NCBI GenBank assembly: GCA_963824165.1
Contig: CAWGOM010000008.1
Span: 67,140 to 131,139, forward strand
Length of the DNA: 64,000 bases
Origin: an uncultured Acidobacteriota bacterium
GTDB lineage: Bacteria; Acidobacteriota; Thermoanaerobaculia; UBA5066; Gp7-AA6
Direction: 5' to 3'
In this document: one piece after another, positions 1 to 10,083 of the stretch
Layout: each line of letters begins with the position of its first letter
How positions within the stretch are numbered: the first letter of the stretch is position 1
Notes under the pieces: model-generated
What the model saw: only the letters and a program-made list of their open reading frames with translations
What the model was told of the DNA's origin: nothing
Databases searched by the model: none
Translations under genes and position numbers: made by a program

Positions 1-35
1 CGGCCGCGACGAGAAGCGCGGCGAACCAGTAGCCG

Positions 36-1586
36 CTAGACCGGAACATCGGCGTTCCACAGGGGCGGGCGGCGCAGGTGCCACGGCGTCGCCCGCTCGT
101 ACGCCAGCGCGAGGGCGAGGACGCGCGGCTCCGAGAACGGCGGCCCCCCGATGAGAAGCCCGATCGGCAGGCCCGAGCGGGAGAAGCCGCACGGCACCGA
201 GATCGCCGGCAAGCCGCCGAGGCTGAACCCGAACGTGCAGGCCGGCAGCCCGAAGGGGTCGATCGCCTCCCGAATCGGCATCGGCAGGCCCGGCAGCGTC
301 GGCAGGATCACGAGGTCGACGAGCGCGAACGCTTCGTGGACCGAGGAGCGATGCAATTCGAGGCGGCGGCGCAACTCCGCCGCGGCGGCCTCCGGGACCT
401 CGCGCGCGGAGGCGGCGTCGTCGCGGGTCCGCCGATCGTACTTCTCCGGCGAAGCCTCGAGGTGCGGCCGGTGAAACGCGTACGCCTCCGCGTCGATCAG
501 GCCCCCGAGGTCGGGCATCGGCAGCGCCGACTCGCGAATCTCGCCGACGAGCGGCCGGAGGACCTCGATCGCAACAGCCACGGCGGCCGCGACCTCGGGC
601 TCGACGTGCGAGTCGCAGACGCCGCCGGTCGTGTGGAGCACGCCGAGGCGCAGGCCGGCGATCGCCGGAAGAACCGCCGGGTCGCACTGCGCCGCCACCG
701 GATGGCTCGTCATCGCCCGGAACATCAGCGCCGCGTCCTCGACGGTGCGGCACAGCGGTCCGACGTGGTCGAAGGACTGCGACACCGGGACGGTGCCGCG
801 CGCGCTCACGACGCCGAAGGTGGGCTTCAAGCCGACGATCCCGCAGCAGGCCGCGGGGATGCGGATCGACCCGCCCGTGTCGGTGCCGACCGACCCGAAG
901 CACAGGCCCGCCGCCACGGCGGCACCCGAGCCGCCCGAGGAGCCGCCGGCCACGCGGTCGAGGTCCCACGGGTTGTGCACCGCGCCGTAGTGACTGATCG
1001 CCGAGGTCGTCCCCATCGCGAACTCGTGCATGTTGAGCTTGCCGAGCGAGACCGCGCCCGCGGCCTCGAGGCGCCGGACCACCTCCGCGTCCTCGGCCGG
1101 GACGCGGTCCGCGAAGACCTCGCTGGCGGCCGTGGTGCGCACGCCGGCCGTGTCGACGTTGTCTTTGTACGCGATCGGGATGCCGTGAAGCGGCCCGCGC
1201 CAGTGCCCGCCCGTCACCTCCGCCTCGGCGCGCCGCGCTGCGGCCAACGCGCGCTCCGGCGTCACCGTGATGAAGGCGTTGAGCTGCGGGTCGAGCCGCT
1301 CGATCCGCTCGAGGCACGCGCGCGTCAGGTCGACCGGGGAGAGCGTGCGCCCCCGCACCGCGCGCGCCGCCTCGGCGAGGTCGAGCAGCGCCGGATCGCC
1401 CGCCGGCGCGGGCCCGGCGCTCCGCCGCCCGCAGTCGAGCGTGCCGAGCAGCACGGCGCCCGAGCCTGCGGCGAGGCCGGCGAGGACCGTGCGGCGGGAG
1501 AGCGGGCGCTCGCTTACGGCGTCCCCGCGCTTCGGTCCCTTGTGCTGCTCACCGCGGCGCCTGCGCTCCGGCGAGCGCCCACGCAT
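36..1586 (-). CDS. amidase (amidase-signature family), probably Tat-exported
   Basis: 516-aa ORF with Gly/Ser-rich amidase signature GGSSGGSGAAVAAG and N-terminal RRTVLAGLAAGSGA twin-arginine-like leader. Confidence 0.85.
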   Translation of the reverse strand: MRGRSPERRRRGEQHKGPKRGDAVSERPLSRRTVLAGLAAGSGAVLLGTLDCGRRSAGPAPAGDPALLDLAEAARAVRGRTLSPVDLTRACLERIERLDPQLNAFITVTPERALAAARRAEAEVTGGHWRGPLHGIPIAYKDNVDTAGVRTTAASEVFADRVPAEDAEVVRRLEAAGAVSLGKLNMHEFAMGTTSAISHYGAVHNPWDLDRVAGGSSGGSGAAVAAGLCFGSVGTDTGGSIRIPAACCGIVGLKPTFGVVSARGTVPVSQSFDHVGPLCRTVEDAALMFRAMTSHPVAAQCDPAVLPAIAGLRLGVLHTTGGVCDSHVEPEVAAAVAVAIEVLRPLVGEIRESALPMPDLGGLIDAEAYAFHRPHLEASPEKYDRRTRDDAASAREVPEAAAAELRRRLELHRSSVHEAFALVDLVILPTLPGLPMPIREAIDPFGLPACTFGFSLGGLPAISVPCGFSRSGLPIGLLIGGPPFSEPRVLALALAYERATPWHLRRPPLWNADVPV

Positions 1587-2004
1587 TCAGGAGCGCCACG
1601 TCGCCGGCCGACAGAACGGCATCCCGATGGTTGATCACGTAGAACCAGGGAGGCATCTCGCCCTCGGCGACCTCCTCCCGGGTTTCCTTCAGCTTCTTCG
1701 ACTGCCTTTTCGTCTCGTACCGATTCCAGGTCGAGAAGTTCAGCTCCTTGCGCCCCTCGCGCACGTCACGCGCGACGAGCCACGACACGGGCGCCACCCG
1801 GCTGTACCAGGGCCAGAAGGTCTCGTTGGAATGGCAGTCGTAGCAGGCCCGCCGCAGGACAGCGCGCACGTCCGCAGGCGCCGGGATCTCGGTCTCGACC
1901 GGCGGGTTCGACCGATTCACGGGCACGAACTGAATGGCCGCGAGAACGAGCACCGCGCCGAGCAGCACCCGGCGCACGAAACTCCAGCGGATGAATCCCT
2001 TCAT
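1549..2004 (-). CDS. haem-binding domain protein (CxxCH)
   Basis: 151-aa ORF with N-terminal TM helix and a CYDCH motif, haem-binding-domain-like layout. Confidence 0.7.
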   Translation of the reverse strand: MKGFIRWSFVRRVLLGAVLVLAAIQFVPVNRSNPPVETEIPAPADVRAVLRRACYDCHSNETFWPWYSRVAPVSWLVARDVREGRKELNFSTWNRYETKRQSKKLKETREEVAEGEMPPWFYVINHRDAVLSAGDVALLNAWALAGAQAPR

Positions 2005-2038
2005 CAGTCACCCCTTGATCTCGTTTCGAGGACGCCCC

Positions 2039-3079
2039 TCAGCGAGGCGCCTTCGCGGCGTCGACGAATTTCTGGATCCGGGCGCCGATGATGTCGCCGA
2101 CGTAGACGGAGCCGTCGCCCGCGACCGCGACGTCGTGCGCCAGCGCGAACTGCCCGTCGTAATTGCCCCACCGTCCGAATCGCTCGCTCACGGACCCGTC
2201 GGGACGAACCACGGCGACGCCCGACCGGTTCGGCGGCTCGCTCGGCTGGTCGCCTCCGTCCGCCACGAAGGCCGTGCCGTCCTTCCCGACCGCGACGTCG
2301 TACGGCCGGCCCAGGGCCTCCCCCTTCCACTCGCGCAGGTACCGGCCCTGACCGTCGAACACCTGCACCCGCGCGTTGCTCCGGTCCGCAACGTACACGA
2401 GGCCGGCGCGGTCGAGCGCGATCCCGTGCGGCAGGTCGAACTGGCCCGGACCGCTCCCTTTCGTTCCCCACTGAAAGAGGAGCGTCCCGTCCGCGGCGAA
2501 CTTCAGGACACGTGTGTTGAGATATCCGTCGCTGACGTAGAACGTGCCGTCGGGCGCCACGGCCACGTCGGTCGGCCGGTTGAAATGGGCGTCGTCGCTG
2601 CCGGGCACGCCGCGTTCGCCGAGCGCCAGAAGCGGTTTCCCCTGCCTCGAGAACTTGAAGACCTGGTGCAGAGCCACGTCCGTCACCCAGACGTTGTCGC
2701 CGTCGTCGACGGTCAGCCCGTGCGGCATCGCGAAGCGGTCTGCCCCCCACCGGTCGAGCAACGCTCCCGACCGCCCGTCGAAGACGGCGACCGTGGGCCT
2801 CGCGATCGGCGTCGGGTCGAGGATGTCGTCGGCCGGCCACTTGCGCCCGGCGCGGTGGAAGACGACCACGTTGCCGCGCGAATCGACCCCGACCCCCGTC
2901 ACCTCGCCCAGAAGCTCGCCCGGCGGCAGGACCGGCCAGCCGTGCACGACCTTGTAACGCGCTCCGGCGCCGTCCGGAGCCGGGGCCTGTGCCGCCGCGA
3001 TCCCGACCGCCGTCAGGACGCAGGAAAGGCAAGCGATCACGAGGCAGGCGACCGGTTTTCGAAGCATCGAGGTCGCCAT
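2039..3079 (-). CDS. NHL-repeat beta-propeller, peptidyl-alpha-hydroxyglycine lyase-like, secreted
   Basis: Repeated ...PxDVAVxxDGxxYVxD... NHL blades. Signal peptide MATSMLRKPVACLVIACLSC starts at the Met at 3079 within ORF 2039..3202. Confidence 0.7.
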   Translation of the reverse strand: MATSMLRKPVACLVIACLSCVLTAVGIAAAQAPAPDGAGARYKVVHGWPVLPPGELLGEVTGVGVDSRGNVVVFHRAGRKWPADDILDPTPIARPTVAVFDGRSGALLDRWGADRFAMPHGLTVDDGDNVWVTDVALHQVFKFSRQGKPLLALGERGVPGSDDAHFNRPTDVAVAPDGTFYVSDGYLNTRVLKFAADGTLLFQWGTKGSGPGQFDLPHGIALDRAGLVYVADRSNARVQVFDGQGRYLREWKGEALGRPYDVAVGKDGTAFVADGGDQPSEPPNRSGVAVVRPDGSVSERFGRWGNYDGQFALAHDVAVAGDGSVYVGDIIGARIQKFVDAAKAPR

Positions 3080-3131
3080 TGTCTCCCATCGCGGCATTCG
3101 CCGACGTCCGGGCCGGACTCGAGATCCGTCG

Positions 3132-3868
3132 TTATGCCTTCCCTCGGGCCCGCCGCGCCGCGAACCGACGCGCCACCGGGCCCGTGAGCTCCCGCAGCGC
3201 ATCCTTGCCCACCCACCTCGCCGTCGCGTCCGTCGAGTCCGCCAGGCGCCGGGACGTCGCCACCGCGGCGACGTGGAGCGCCGGGTTCCGCTTGCCGACG
3301 GCGCGCAGGGCCATGTTCACGGCCTTCTTCACGAAGTTCCGGTCGTCGGCGGCGCCTCGCTCGATCAGGGCGAGGCCTCGCAGGAACGGCGCGTCGCCGG
3401 ATTCCTTGTCGTGCACCGTCAGGCTCCACAGCAGCGCGAACGCCGTGCGCTTGACGAACTCCTCGCGGCGGCCGGCCCACGCGGCGACCTTGCCCCACGC
3501 GTGCGGCGTGCGGTCGAAGAGGGCGAAGCACGCGGTGTCGCAGATCGCCCAGTTGTCGAAGTCGAGGCACCAGCGCTCCATCTGGGCCGCCGTGACGCGC
3601 TCCGGCTCGTCGACGAAAGTCGCCAGCATCCGCGCCTCGTACCAGCCCGGACTCCCAGAGGGCGGCGGCGAGCTCGTGGCTGCGGCCGAGGCGCTTCGCT
3701 TCTTTCTTCAGCGCGCCCACCGCCGACGCCGAACGCCTTGTCCGACGGGATGGCGTACCGCGCCATGGCGTCCCGCCCGCTCTTGCTGCCGTGCTTCTCG
3801 AGCCACGCGACGACCGCCCGCGCCTCGTCCTTCGGCTTGCGGCGGGATGGGGCGATCTTGGCGGCCAT
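3132..3868 (-). pseudogene. DNA alkylation repair (HEAT-like) protein, frame-disrupted
   Basis: The N-terminus (ORF 3419..3868), a middle part (VGALKKEAKRLGRSHELAAALWESG in ORF 3037..4125) and the C-terminus (ORF 3132..3629) lie in three frames, so two frameshifts are needed. Confidence 0.65.
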
Positions 3869-3884
3869 CCGGTCCCTCCTCGAT

Positions 3885-4226
3885 CTACGTGTGGGTCACC
3901 ATGACGACCCGGCCGTCCGGGTCCTCGATGCGAAACTCGCCTCGCGGAGCATAGAACGGGTACTCGATCGGCCCGGCTTCGATCCCGTCCTCGATCAGCC
4001 GCGCCCGGAAGCCTGGAACGTCGTCGCAGTAGACATAGAAGAGGACCGACGTCGCACTCGCCGTGACGGGCCCGTCCGCCCGCGCGACCATGAGTTGAGC
4101 TCGATCCGACGAAAGGTTGGCCCACGTGGGCTCTTGCTCCCCCGGCGGCGTGAACGTGTTCTCGATCTCGAAGCCGAGGCGCCGGTAGAACGCGACGGAC
4201 GCCGAGACGCTCCGGACCGGGGCCAT
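3885..4226 (-). CDS. VOC/glyoxalase-family protein
   Basis: 113-aa C-terminal part of ORF 3885..4757 starting MAPVRSVSASVAFYRRLGF, typical small glyoxalase-fold protein. Confidence 0.7.
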   Translation of the reverse strand: MAPVRSVSASVAFYRRLGFEIENTFTPPGEQEPTWANLSSDRAQLMVARADGPVTASATSVLFYVYCDDVPGFRARLIEDGIEAGPIEYPFYAPRGEFRIEDPDGRVVMVTHT

Positions 4227-4270
4227 CGGCACGAGCGCGCGGACGCGGCTGGAGGTCCCCGCCTCCTTCG

Positions 4271-4792
4271 TCACTTTCCCGTTTCCCGGGAAAGCCGCGT
4301 CCACTGCCAGATTCCGCCCGTCGTCGAGACCGGCAGGCGCTGCCCGAGCTGCCGGGCGATCAGCACGATCTGCCCGCGGTGATGCCCCTCGTGCGCGACG
4401 AAGTACGCCAGGATGTGCCCGGCGTCGAGCGGCAGGTTGCGCCAGACGTAGGCCGAAGGGGTCGGAATCCGGCCGCCGTGGTCGAACGCGACCTCGAGCA
4501 GTCCCTGGATGCCGCGGCTGCTCTTCCCCAGGGCCGACACGAGATCCTTTCGACCGACGCTGCGGCGATCGACGGCCGCCGGCACCCGGACGCCGTGCTC
4601 CTTTCCGAGCGTCCGGATCCACGCGCGCCGGGCGTTGTGCACGTGGGCCGCGATCGCGCGGACGGTCCGGCGCGGCACTCCGGGAACGCCCGCCCCCCAG
4701 AGCGCGAGAGGCAGTTTCTCGACGAGAAAGGCCATGGCGCGGTCGTTGGTCCTCCACGCCGCGAGGATCGAGTCCCGGAGCTCAGCCGCCAT
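4271..4792 (-). CDS. DinB-family protein
   Basis: 173-aa ORF with His-rich DinB-type motifs (AAHVHNAR ... AHEGHHRGQ). Confidence 0.75.
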   Translation of the reverse strand: MAAELRDSILAAWRTNDRAMAFLVEKLPLALWGAGVPGVPRRTVRAIAAHVHNARRAWIRTLGKEHGVRVPAAVDRRSVGRKDLVSALGKSSRGIQGLLEVAFDHGGRIPTPSAYVWRNLPLDAGHILAYFVAHEGHHRGQIVLIARQLGQRLPVSTTGGIWQWTRLSRETGK

Positions 4793-5192
4793 CGACGCCT
4801 CCTCTGAGCTGCCGCTCGTAGTCCGCGGCGTCGAAGTGGCCCTGCGATTCGGCCACCAGCCCGTCGCCGCCGATCCGCCATTCCTCGAAGCCGCTCAGCC
4901 GGATCCGCCGGCCGGTCCCGCCCGGACCCGTGTTGGCGCCCGAGAGCGTCCATCGGTAGACGGCCTTCTCGCCCTCGACGAGGAGATCGTTCATCGTGAC
5001 CTCGAGGTCCGGGAAGGCCGTCATGAAGCCCTGCGCCGCTTCCGCGATCGCGCTTCGTCCCACCGACGGGACGCCGCCGTTGATGGTCAGCGAGCCGTTC
5101 GGCGAGAAGAACGCGGCCACGCGGCCGGCGTCCTGGCTGCACCATGCCGCCGTGTAGCGCGCGGCGAAATCGCGAAGCCTGTCTTCATCCAT
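4782..5192 (-). CDS. SnoaL-like / NTF2-fold protein (ester cyclase-like)
   Basis: Starts MDEDRLRDFAARYTAAWCSQD and continues ...FPDLEVTMNDLLVEGEKAVYRWTLSG, typical of the SnoaL fold. Confidence 0.65.
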   Translation of the reverse strand: MDEDRLRDFAARYTAAWCSQDAGRVAAFFSPNGSLTINGGVPSVGRSAIAEAAQGFMTAFPDLEVTMNDLLVEGEKAVYRWTLSGANTGPGGTGRRIRLSGFEEWRIGGDGLVAESQGHFDAADYERQLRGGVDGG

Positions 5193-5260
5193 CGGCGACT
5201 CCCTTCGGGCCTTCGACTCCCGGACTCGAGTCGTGTGCGCCTTCGAGCCCGGAGCGAACT

Positions 5261-5800
5261 TCACGGCGAGGAGCCCGCCGCGACGACTTCGTATTCGCTC
5301 TGAACCAGGCCGCTCGGATACTGCCGGGTCGCGACGTGGTGCAGCCTCACGTCGCGAGGCAGCGCTCCGAAGAGTGGCACGCCGTCCCCGATGAGCACGG
5401 GAACGCGGGTGATGATGAGCCGCTCGATCAAGCCCGCGCGCAGAAACTCCTGGATCGTGATCCCGCCGTCGACGTACAGGTTTCGGGCGCCGGTGGCCGC
5501 CAGACGCGAGACGATCTGCGCCGGAGGCCCGGCCATCTGCTCGACGACGCCTCCAACCGCGGCGGACAGGTCGAGGGGGCGGTGACTCAGGACCACGACG
5601 CGCTTGTCGCCGTACGGCCAGGTACCGAAGCTCAGGACCTTGTCGAAGGTCTTGCGCCCGATCACGAGCGCATCGACGCTCGCCATGAACTCGTCGTAGC
5701 CATGCGGCTCGCCGCCTCCCGGAGGGAGGAAGTCGAGATCATCGTTGCGTCGCGCGATGAAGCCGTCGACGCTCGCTCCGACGAAGACCGATACCGTCAT
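5261..5800 (-). CDS. dihydrofolate-reductase-like (RibD C-terminal domain) protein
   Basis: 179-aa ORF MTVSVFVGASVDGFIARRNDDLDFL...VIGRKTF...LYVDGG. Confidence 0.75.
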   Translation of the reverse strand: MTVSVFVGASVDGFIARRNDDLDFLPPGGGEPHGYDEFMASVDALVIGRKTFDKVLSFGTWPYGDKRVVVLSHRPLDLSAAVGGVVEQMAGPPAQIVSRLAATGARNLYVDGGITIQEFLRAGLIERLIITRVPVLIGDGVPLFGALPRDVRLHHVATRQYPSGLVQSEYEVVAAGSSP

Positions 5801-5815
5801 CGCAGTCTCCAGGCC

Positions 5816-6538
5816 TCACGGCATTCGGAAGGCACCGGACTCCAGAAGGCTCGCCACCCAACCGGCGTGCGGGAGGCCGCAACCCGTCAGGGTCCGGATC
5901 TCCGCGTCGACGTCGTACTCCACCCGGCGAACCTCCGCCACGGTCCCGTCCAGCAGAAGATACGCCGCCCTCCGATCGCCGTCGTAGGGCAGGCTGACGC
6001 TGCCGCTGTTGGCGACGACGAGGCCAGGGAGCATGCGCACGAACGGGCGATGGATGTGCGCGTAGACGGCGACTGGCCGGCCGAGCGCCCGGTACACGGA
6101 CTCGAGCTCGGCGTCCCCGGCGTCCGCCCCAGGCGCGCGCCACGGCGTCTCGGGACTGCCGTGCACGAGGGCCATGGGACCGTTCGCCTGGATCCGCGGC
6201 AACCCTTCCAGCCATGCGAGTCGCTCCGGTCCCAGCGCCTCCCGGGTCCAGGCCGCCATCTCCTCGATCGTCTCGAACATGCGCTCGAGGCCCGGGCGCT
6301 GCGCCGCAAAGGTCCGCAGCGACTCGGGCCGGCAGAGCATCTCGTCCGTGTTGCCGAGCACCCCCGGCCAGCCGAGCTCGCGGATGCGATCCACGATTTC
6401 GACGGGGCTCGCCCCGCTGTCGGCCAGGTCGCCGCCGTGCAGGACGAGGTCCGGAGACGTCTCGCGCAGATCGGCCAGGACGGCCTCGAAGGCCGTCTGA
6501 TTGCCGTGAAGGTCGGACACGACGGCGATGCGGGTCAC
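5816..6538 (-). CDS. metallophosphoesterase
   Basis: GTG start at 6538. Motifs IAVVSDLHGN, GGDL, GNTD and HIHRPF match the calcineurin-like phosphoesterase pattern. Confidence 0.8.
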   Translation of the reverse strand: MTRIAVVSDLHGNQTAFEAVLADLRETSPDLVLHGGDLADSGASPVEIVDRIRELGWPGVLGNTDEMLCRPESLRTFAAQRPGLERMFETIEEMAAWTREALGPERLAWLEGLPRIQANGPMALVHGSPETPWRAPGADAGDAELESVYRALGRPVAVYAHIHRPFVRMLPGLVVANSGSVSLPYDGDRRAAYLLLDGTVAEVRRVEYDVDAEIRTLTGCGLPHAGWVASLLESGAFRMP

Positions 6539-7467
6539 TCGCCCGCCAGCGAGACGCTCAACCCGCCGATCGCACCCGGCGCGATCGCCACGCCCGTTCC
6601 CGCCGCACCTCCCAGCATCTGCCGTCGGGCGAGGAATTCCCGGGCGCGTTCCAGGGAGTCCACCCGAAGGACGATCTCGCGAATGCCGGGCCGCTCCGCC
6701 CGGACGATGCGAACGGAAGGTCCGCCGCCAAACCGAAAAACGTCGGCGGACTCCTGCCCGGGATCGTCGATCAGCATCCGCCAATCCCTGCGGGCGGCAT
6801 CGAGGTCCTTCACTCCGATCACGATCTCCTTCAGCCCGTGCACACCCAGGGGTCCCCCCTTCCGGCGCACGAGCTCTTCACTCTTGGCCTTCCGTGAGGC
6901 GGCGACCTCCTGACGTTCCTCGTAGTCGCAGATGAAGACGGCCTCCGACAGGCCCGCGGCCGTCAGGCCGGTATTGGTCCAGCCGACGAGCACCTTGCCG
7001 CTCGCGTCCCGGTAGGTGTTCACGTCCGGCTCGGAGTGCGGGATGCCCCGGCGGTCGAGCTCGGCCACGGCGGCCTCCGTGTCGCCGGCGGGCTCGAACG
7101 CGAGCATGCTCCATTCCGTCTTCAGGACCTCGCCTGCCGGAACTTCCCACGTCGCGAACTCGAGCGCCGTGTTGCCGACCGACACCGCGCCGCTCGCGAA
7201 GTCGCCGTACCGCCGGAAGGGCCACGCAACCGGGAGCTCCAACGTGCCGCGGAAGAGCTCGAAGAGCGCCTCGGCGTCGGGAGAAGTCGCGAAGAAGTGA
7301 TCGACCGTGACGAGCAGCGGCGCTCGCCGCGCCTCGGCCCGGGGCGGCTCGGCAACGGGCTTCTGGCCGCCGGGGGCCCGCGCATCGCACGCGCTCGCCG
7401 CGACGGCGAGCGTCAGGAGGTGGAGCCACGCCGCCGGCCGGCTCGAGCTCACGGCACGGGCTCCCAC
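6535..7467 (-). CDS. secreted/lipoprotein with glyoxalase-like domains
   Basis: 310-aa ORF with signal peptide and LAVAASAC lipobox; the fold assignment is weak. Confidence 0.5.
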   Translation of the reverse strand: MGARAVSSSRPAAWLHLLTLAVAASACDARAPGGQKPVAEPPRAEARRAPLLVTVDHFFATSPDAEALFELFRGTLELPVAWPFRRYGDFASGAVSVGNTALEFATWEVPAGEVLKTEWSMLAFEPAGDTEAAVAELDRRGIPHSEPDVNTYRDASGKVLVGWTNTGLTAAGLSEAVFICDYEERQEVAASRKAKSEELVRRKGGPLGVHGLKEIVIGVKDLDAARRDWRMLIDDPGQESADVFRFGGGPSVRIVRAERPGIREIVLRVDSLERAREFLARRQMLGGAAGTGVAIAPGAIGGLSVSLAGE

Positions 7468-7865
7468 GGCACCAGGGAAACCGGAATGCCGGAGCGAACC
7501 GTGTTCTGCACTTCCGCGACGGCGTCGGTCTGTCGTAGAAGTGCGGCGAGGTCGGCCTCCGGGGCCGGCGACGAGATCCGGGCGCGGTAGGTGATGTTCG
7601 AAGCGGCGAGACCGATGCCGGAAAACTCCGCCCTGGCCTCGACTTCGACGGCCTCGACGAGAATCTTCAGGCGGCCCGCCTCGCGGTAGATGTCGTTGCA
7701 GAAGCAGGTCGCCAGCGCGAGCATCAGGAACTCGCCGCCGTTGACGGCCGAGCCCCGGCCGGCGTCCCTGGCCGGGACCTGGACCGCCCGCCTCGTGCCG
7801 TCGCTGCTGACCGACGCTTCGTGGAAAGTGCCGGTGTTCCTGACGTAGGCGACGATCTCCACCAA
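7449..7865 (-). CDS. OsmC/Ohr-family protein
   Basis: 138-aa ORF with NGGEFLMLALATCFCND, the typical OsmC core. Confidence 0.75.
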   Translation of the reverse strand: MVEIVAYVRNTGTFHEASVSSDGTRRAVQVPARDAGRGSAVNGGEFLMLALATCFCNDIYREAGRLKILVEAVEVEARAEFSGIGLAASNITYRARISSPAPEADLAALLRQTDAVAEVQNTVRSGIPVSLVPWEPVP

Positions 7866-7878
7866 ACCTCCGGGCCTC

Positions 7879-8292
7879 TCAGCCCTTGCGTTTCGTCACG
7901 CGGCGGCGCGTGGCCTGGCGCGCGGCGCCCGGCCGTCGGGTGGTGCCGTACTCCGCGATCCGGGCCTTGACCAGCTTGCGCACCAGCGTGGCCGGCAGGG
8001 GACGGTCCACCGGAAAGCGGATGGTTCCCTTGCTCGTGTCGTAGCCCTCGAGCTCGTCCTCGAGGGCCTCGATGGGATGGGAACCGGGGTAGAAGGCGCA
8101 GTGCTTCGTGGCCGCCCCGAAGGCGACGAGCATCCTCCCGTCGAGGCGGAAGGCGGGGATGTTGTAGCTGATGCACTCCTGCGCCGCGGGCGCCGCGGAC
8201 CGGATGTCCCTGCGGAGCTTCTCGAGCGCGGCTCGCTTTTCCTTGCTGAGGGGCGCGAGGTATTCGTCGATGCTGCGGGTCTTGGCCTGCAT
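7879..8292 (-). CDS. DUF1801 (YdhG-like) protein
   Basis: Starts at the Met at 8292: MQAKTRSIDEYLAPLSKEKRAALEKLR ... KGTIRFPVDRPLP. Confidence 0.75.
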   Translation of the reverse strand: MQAKTRSIDEYLAPLSKEKRAALEKLRRDIRSAAPAAQECISYNIPAFRLDGRMLVAFGAATKHCAFYPGSHPIEALEDELEGYDTSKGTIRFPVDRPLPATLVRKLVKARIAEYGTTRRPGAARQATRRRVTKRKG

Positions 8293-8314
8293 GGCTCGTG
8301 CTCCTTTCGAGAGG

Positions 8315-9118
8315 TCACTCCGGCCGGAACTCGCGATGGCGCTCGGGAGCGTATCGCGTGGCGAGCAGACCGGTCGCCTGCCCGACGTCGATCGGCTGCA
8401 CCAGCACGCCCTCCTGCCCGTAGGGCAGGTACGCCTGGCACTCGCCCGACGGGGCGATGAGACTGGTCGCCGACTCCTGGAAGCGCATCGCATAGTTCAC
8501 GCTGGCGAAGTAGATCGTGTTCTCCCGGCTGCGGCACATCATCGCCTTCTCGTAGTAAGGCCCGCCGGCCGCGCCCCACTGCGTCGGAAGGACGCCGTTG
8601 CGATCGCTCCCCGTGTGCTGCGGATGAAAGACGATCTTGGCGCCCCGCACCGCCGCCCATCGCACCGTCTCGGGGTAGCGCCAGCCCTCGTGGCAGATCG
8701 CGACGCCGAACTTCACCCCGTCGATCTCGAACAGCCGCCGCGTGTCCCCGGGCACGTAGAACCGCTCTTCGGTCGGGTCGAGCTGGTTCTTCGTCTGCCA
8801 GCCCCGGACCTCTCCCCGGGCGTCGATCACGTAGGCGGCGATCTGCCGACCCGCCTCGGTGGGCCTCTCCATCCCGAGGATCGTCGCCACCGCATGCGCC
8901 CGCGCCCGCTGAGCCACGGCCTCGAGCGCCCGTTCCTGGTCCGCCCGATCGAAGGCCGGGACCTCGAAGTCCTGTCCCCGCAGGCCCGGCAGATAGGCCT
9001 CCGGGAAGCACACGATCTCCGCGCCCCGGGCCGAGGCCTCGGCCATCAGCCGCTCGATCCGGTTCAGGCCCTCATCGAGGGTCGAGGCGATGCGCGGGGA
9101 CGCCAGGGCGACGATCAT
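8315..9118 (-). CDS. carbon-nitrogen hydrolase (nitrilase superfamily)
   Basis: 267-aa ORF with FPEAYLPG and the catalytic-Cys context GVAICHEGWRYPE. Confidence 0.8.
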   Translation of the reverse strand: MIVALASPRIASTLDEGLNRIERLMAEASARGAEIVCFPEAYLPGLRGQDFEVPAFDRADQERALEAVAQRARAHAVATILGMERPTEAGRQIAAYVIDARGEVRGWQTKNQLDPTEERFYVPGDTRRLFEIDGVKFGVAICHEGWRYPETVRWAAVRGAKIVFHPQHTGSDRNGVLPTQWGAAGGPYYEKAMMCRSRENTIYFASVNYAMRFQESATSLIAPSGECQAYLPYGQEGVLVQPIDVGQATGLLATRYAPERHREFRPE

Positions 9119-9136
9119 CGGTCCCGGGCGCTGAGG

Positions 9137-9628
9137 TCACCGGCCCAGGGTCGCGCGGATGCGCGCCAGATGGTGCCAGGTGTGTCGCACCGCGTGGTCC
9201 TCGAGGACGAACTGGGCGCTGACCGGCGCGCCGTAGCTCAGTCCGAAGGGCGCCGCCCGGTCGAGCTCGTCGTCGGTGAACGCGCGGGTCGCGGCGGCCG
9301 CCTCGCGGCTGTTCCGACGCAGCAGCTCGAGCGTGGCGGCCTTCGTCACGCCCGCATGCTCGCTGGCATGCTTGGCGTTCATCTCGGCGATCGCGTCCCA
9401 CGTGACGTCCATGACGGCCTTGCCGCTGGCGACGGCGCGCGCGACGTCGATCTCGACGGGGTAGACGCTCGCGACGTGGTGCACGATGACGCCGACGGAC
9501 CGCCGGTCCTTTCCGCCGCCCGCAATCGGTGTTCGCCATTCCGCGTCCGACAGCCCTTCGGCGAAGGCGGCGAGTCCGGTGGCTCCTTCCTCGATGCGGT
9601 CCGCCAGCAATTCAGCGCGACGACCCAT
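9137..9628 (-). CDS. DinB-family protein
   Basis: 163-aa protein starting at the Met at 9628, with HHVASVYP ... EDHAVRHTWHHL His-rich motifs. Confidence 0.7.
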   Translation of the reverse strand: MGRRAELLADRIEEGATGLAAFAEGLSDAEWRTPIAGGGKDRRSVGVIVHHVASVYPVEIDVARAVASGKAVMDVTWDAIAEMNAKHASEHAGVTKAATLELLRRNSREAAAATRAFTDDELDRAAPFGLSYGAPVSAQFVLEDHAVRHTWHHLARIRATLGR

Positions 9629-9687
9629 GATGGCCTCCCAATCTGTGCGTATGGGCTTACCGTGGAGCCGCCAGCATAACTCCCGGA

Positions 9688-10077
9688 TCAGGCGACCGGC
9701 GGCCAGACACGCTGAAGATCTCCATCTACGAATCCGACGACGACCGCGGCGGCGCCGCGAAGGATCCGGCTGCCCCGCTCCTCCCGTTCCAGGTAACCCA
9801 TGACCAGCTCCAGGGCAAGATCGAGCGACACCTGCCAGTGCGTTCCCGCGCGACTCACCGAGATCTCGAACGCGGGATCCCGTGCCGTGAACACCTCGCT
9901 CTGGGCCCACGCCAGGTCGTCCTCGGAATACGCGTCGCACCCGACCAGCTCCAGCTCCGCGCCGACCGTCGTCTCGTAGAGATTGAAGCTGAAAGCGGCG
10001 ATTCCCTCCGGCACCGGGCCGCCGAGCGCCTCATCCGCCCACTCGTGGAATCGATCGCGGAGCTCGGGTGTGACCAT
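9688..10077 (-). CDS. hypothetical protein
   Basis: 129-aa acidic ORF with coding-like composition; no family recognised. Confidence 0.5.
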   Translation of the reverse strand: MVTPELRDRFHEWADEALGGPVPEGIAAFSFNLYETTVGAELELVGCDAYSEDDLAWAQSEVFTARDPAFEISVSRAGTHWQVSLDLALELVMGYLEREERGSRILRGAAAVVVGFVDGDLQRVWPPVA

Positions 10078-10083
10078 GTCGGG

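Noticed and set aside
78-3187. Long plus-strand ORFs overlapping minus-strand genes (78..1634, 1934..3187, 8171..9679, 13973..15742, 44961..46265 and others)
   Set aside because: They are Arg/Pro/Gly-rich with low-complexity composition and lie antisense to ORFs that have clear family motifs. These are the shadow ORFs typical of high-GC DNA.
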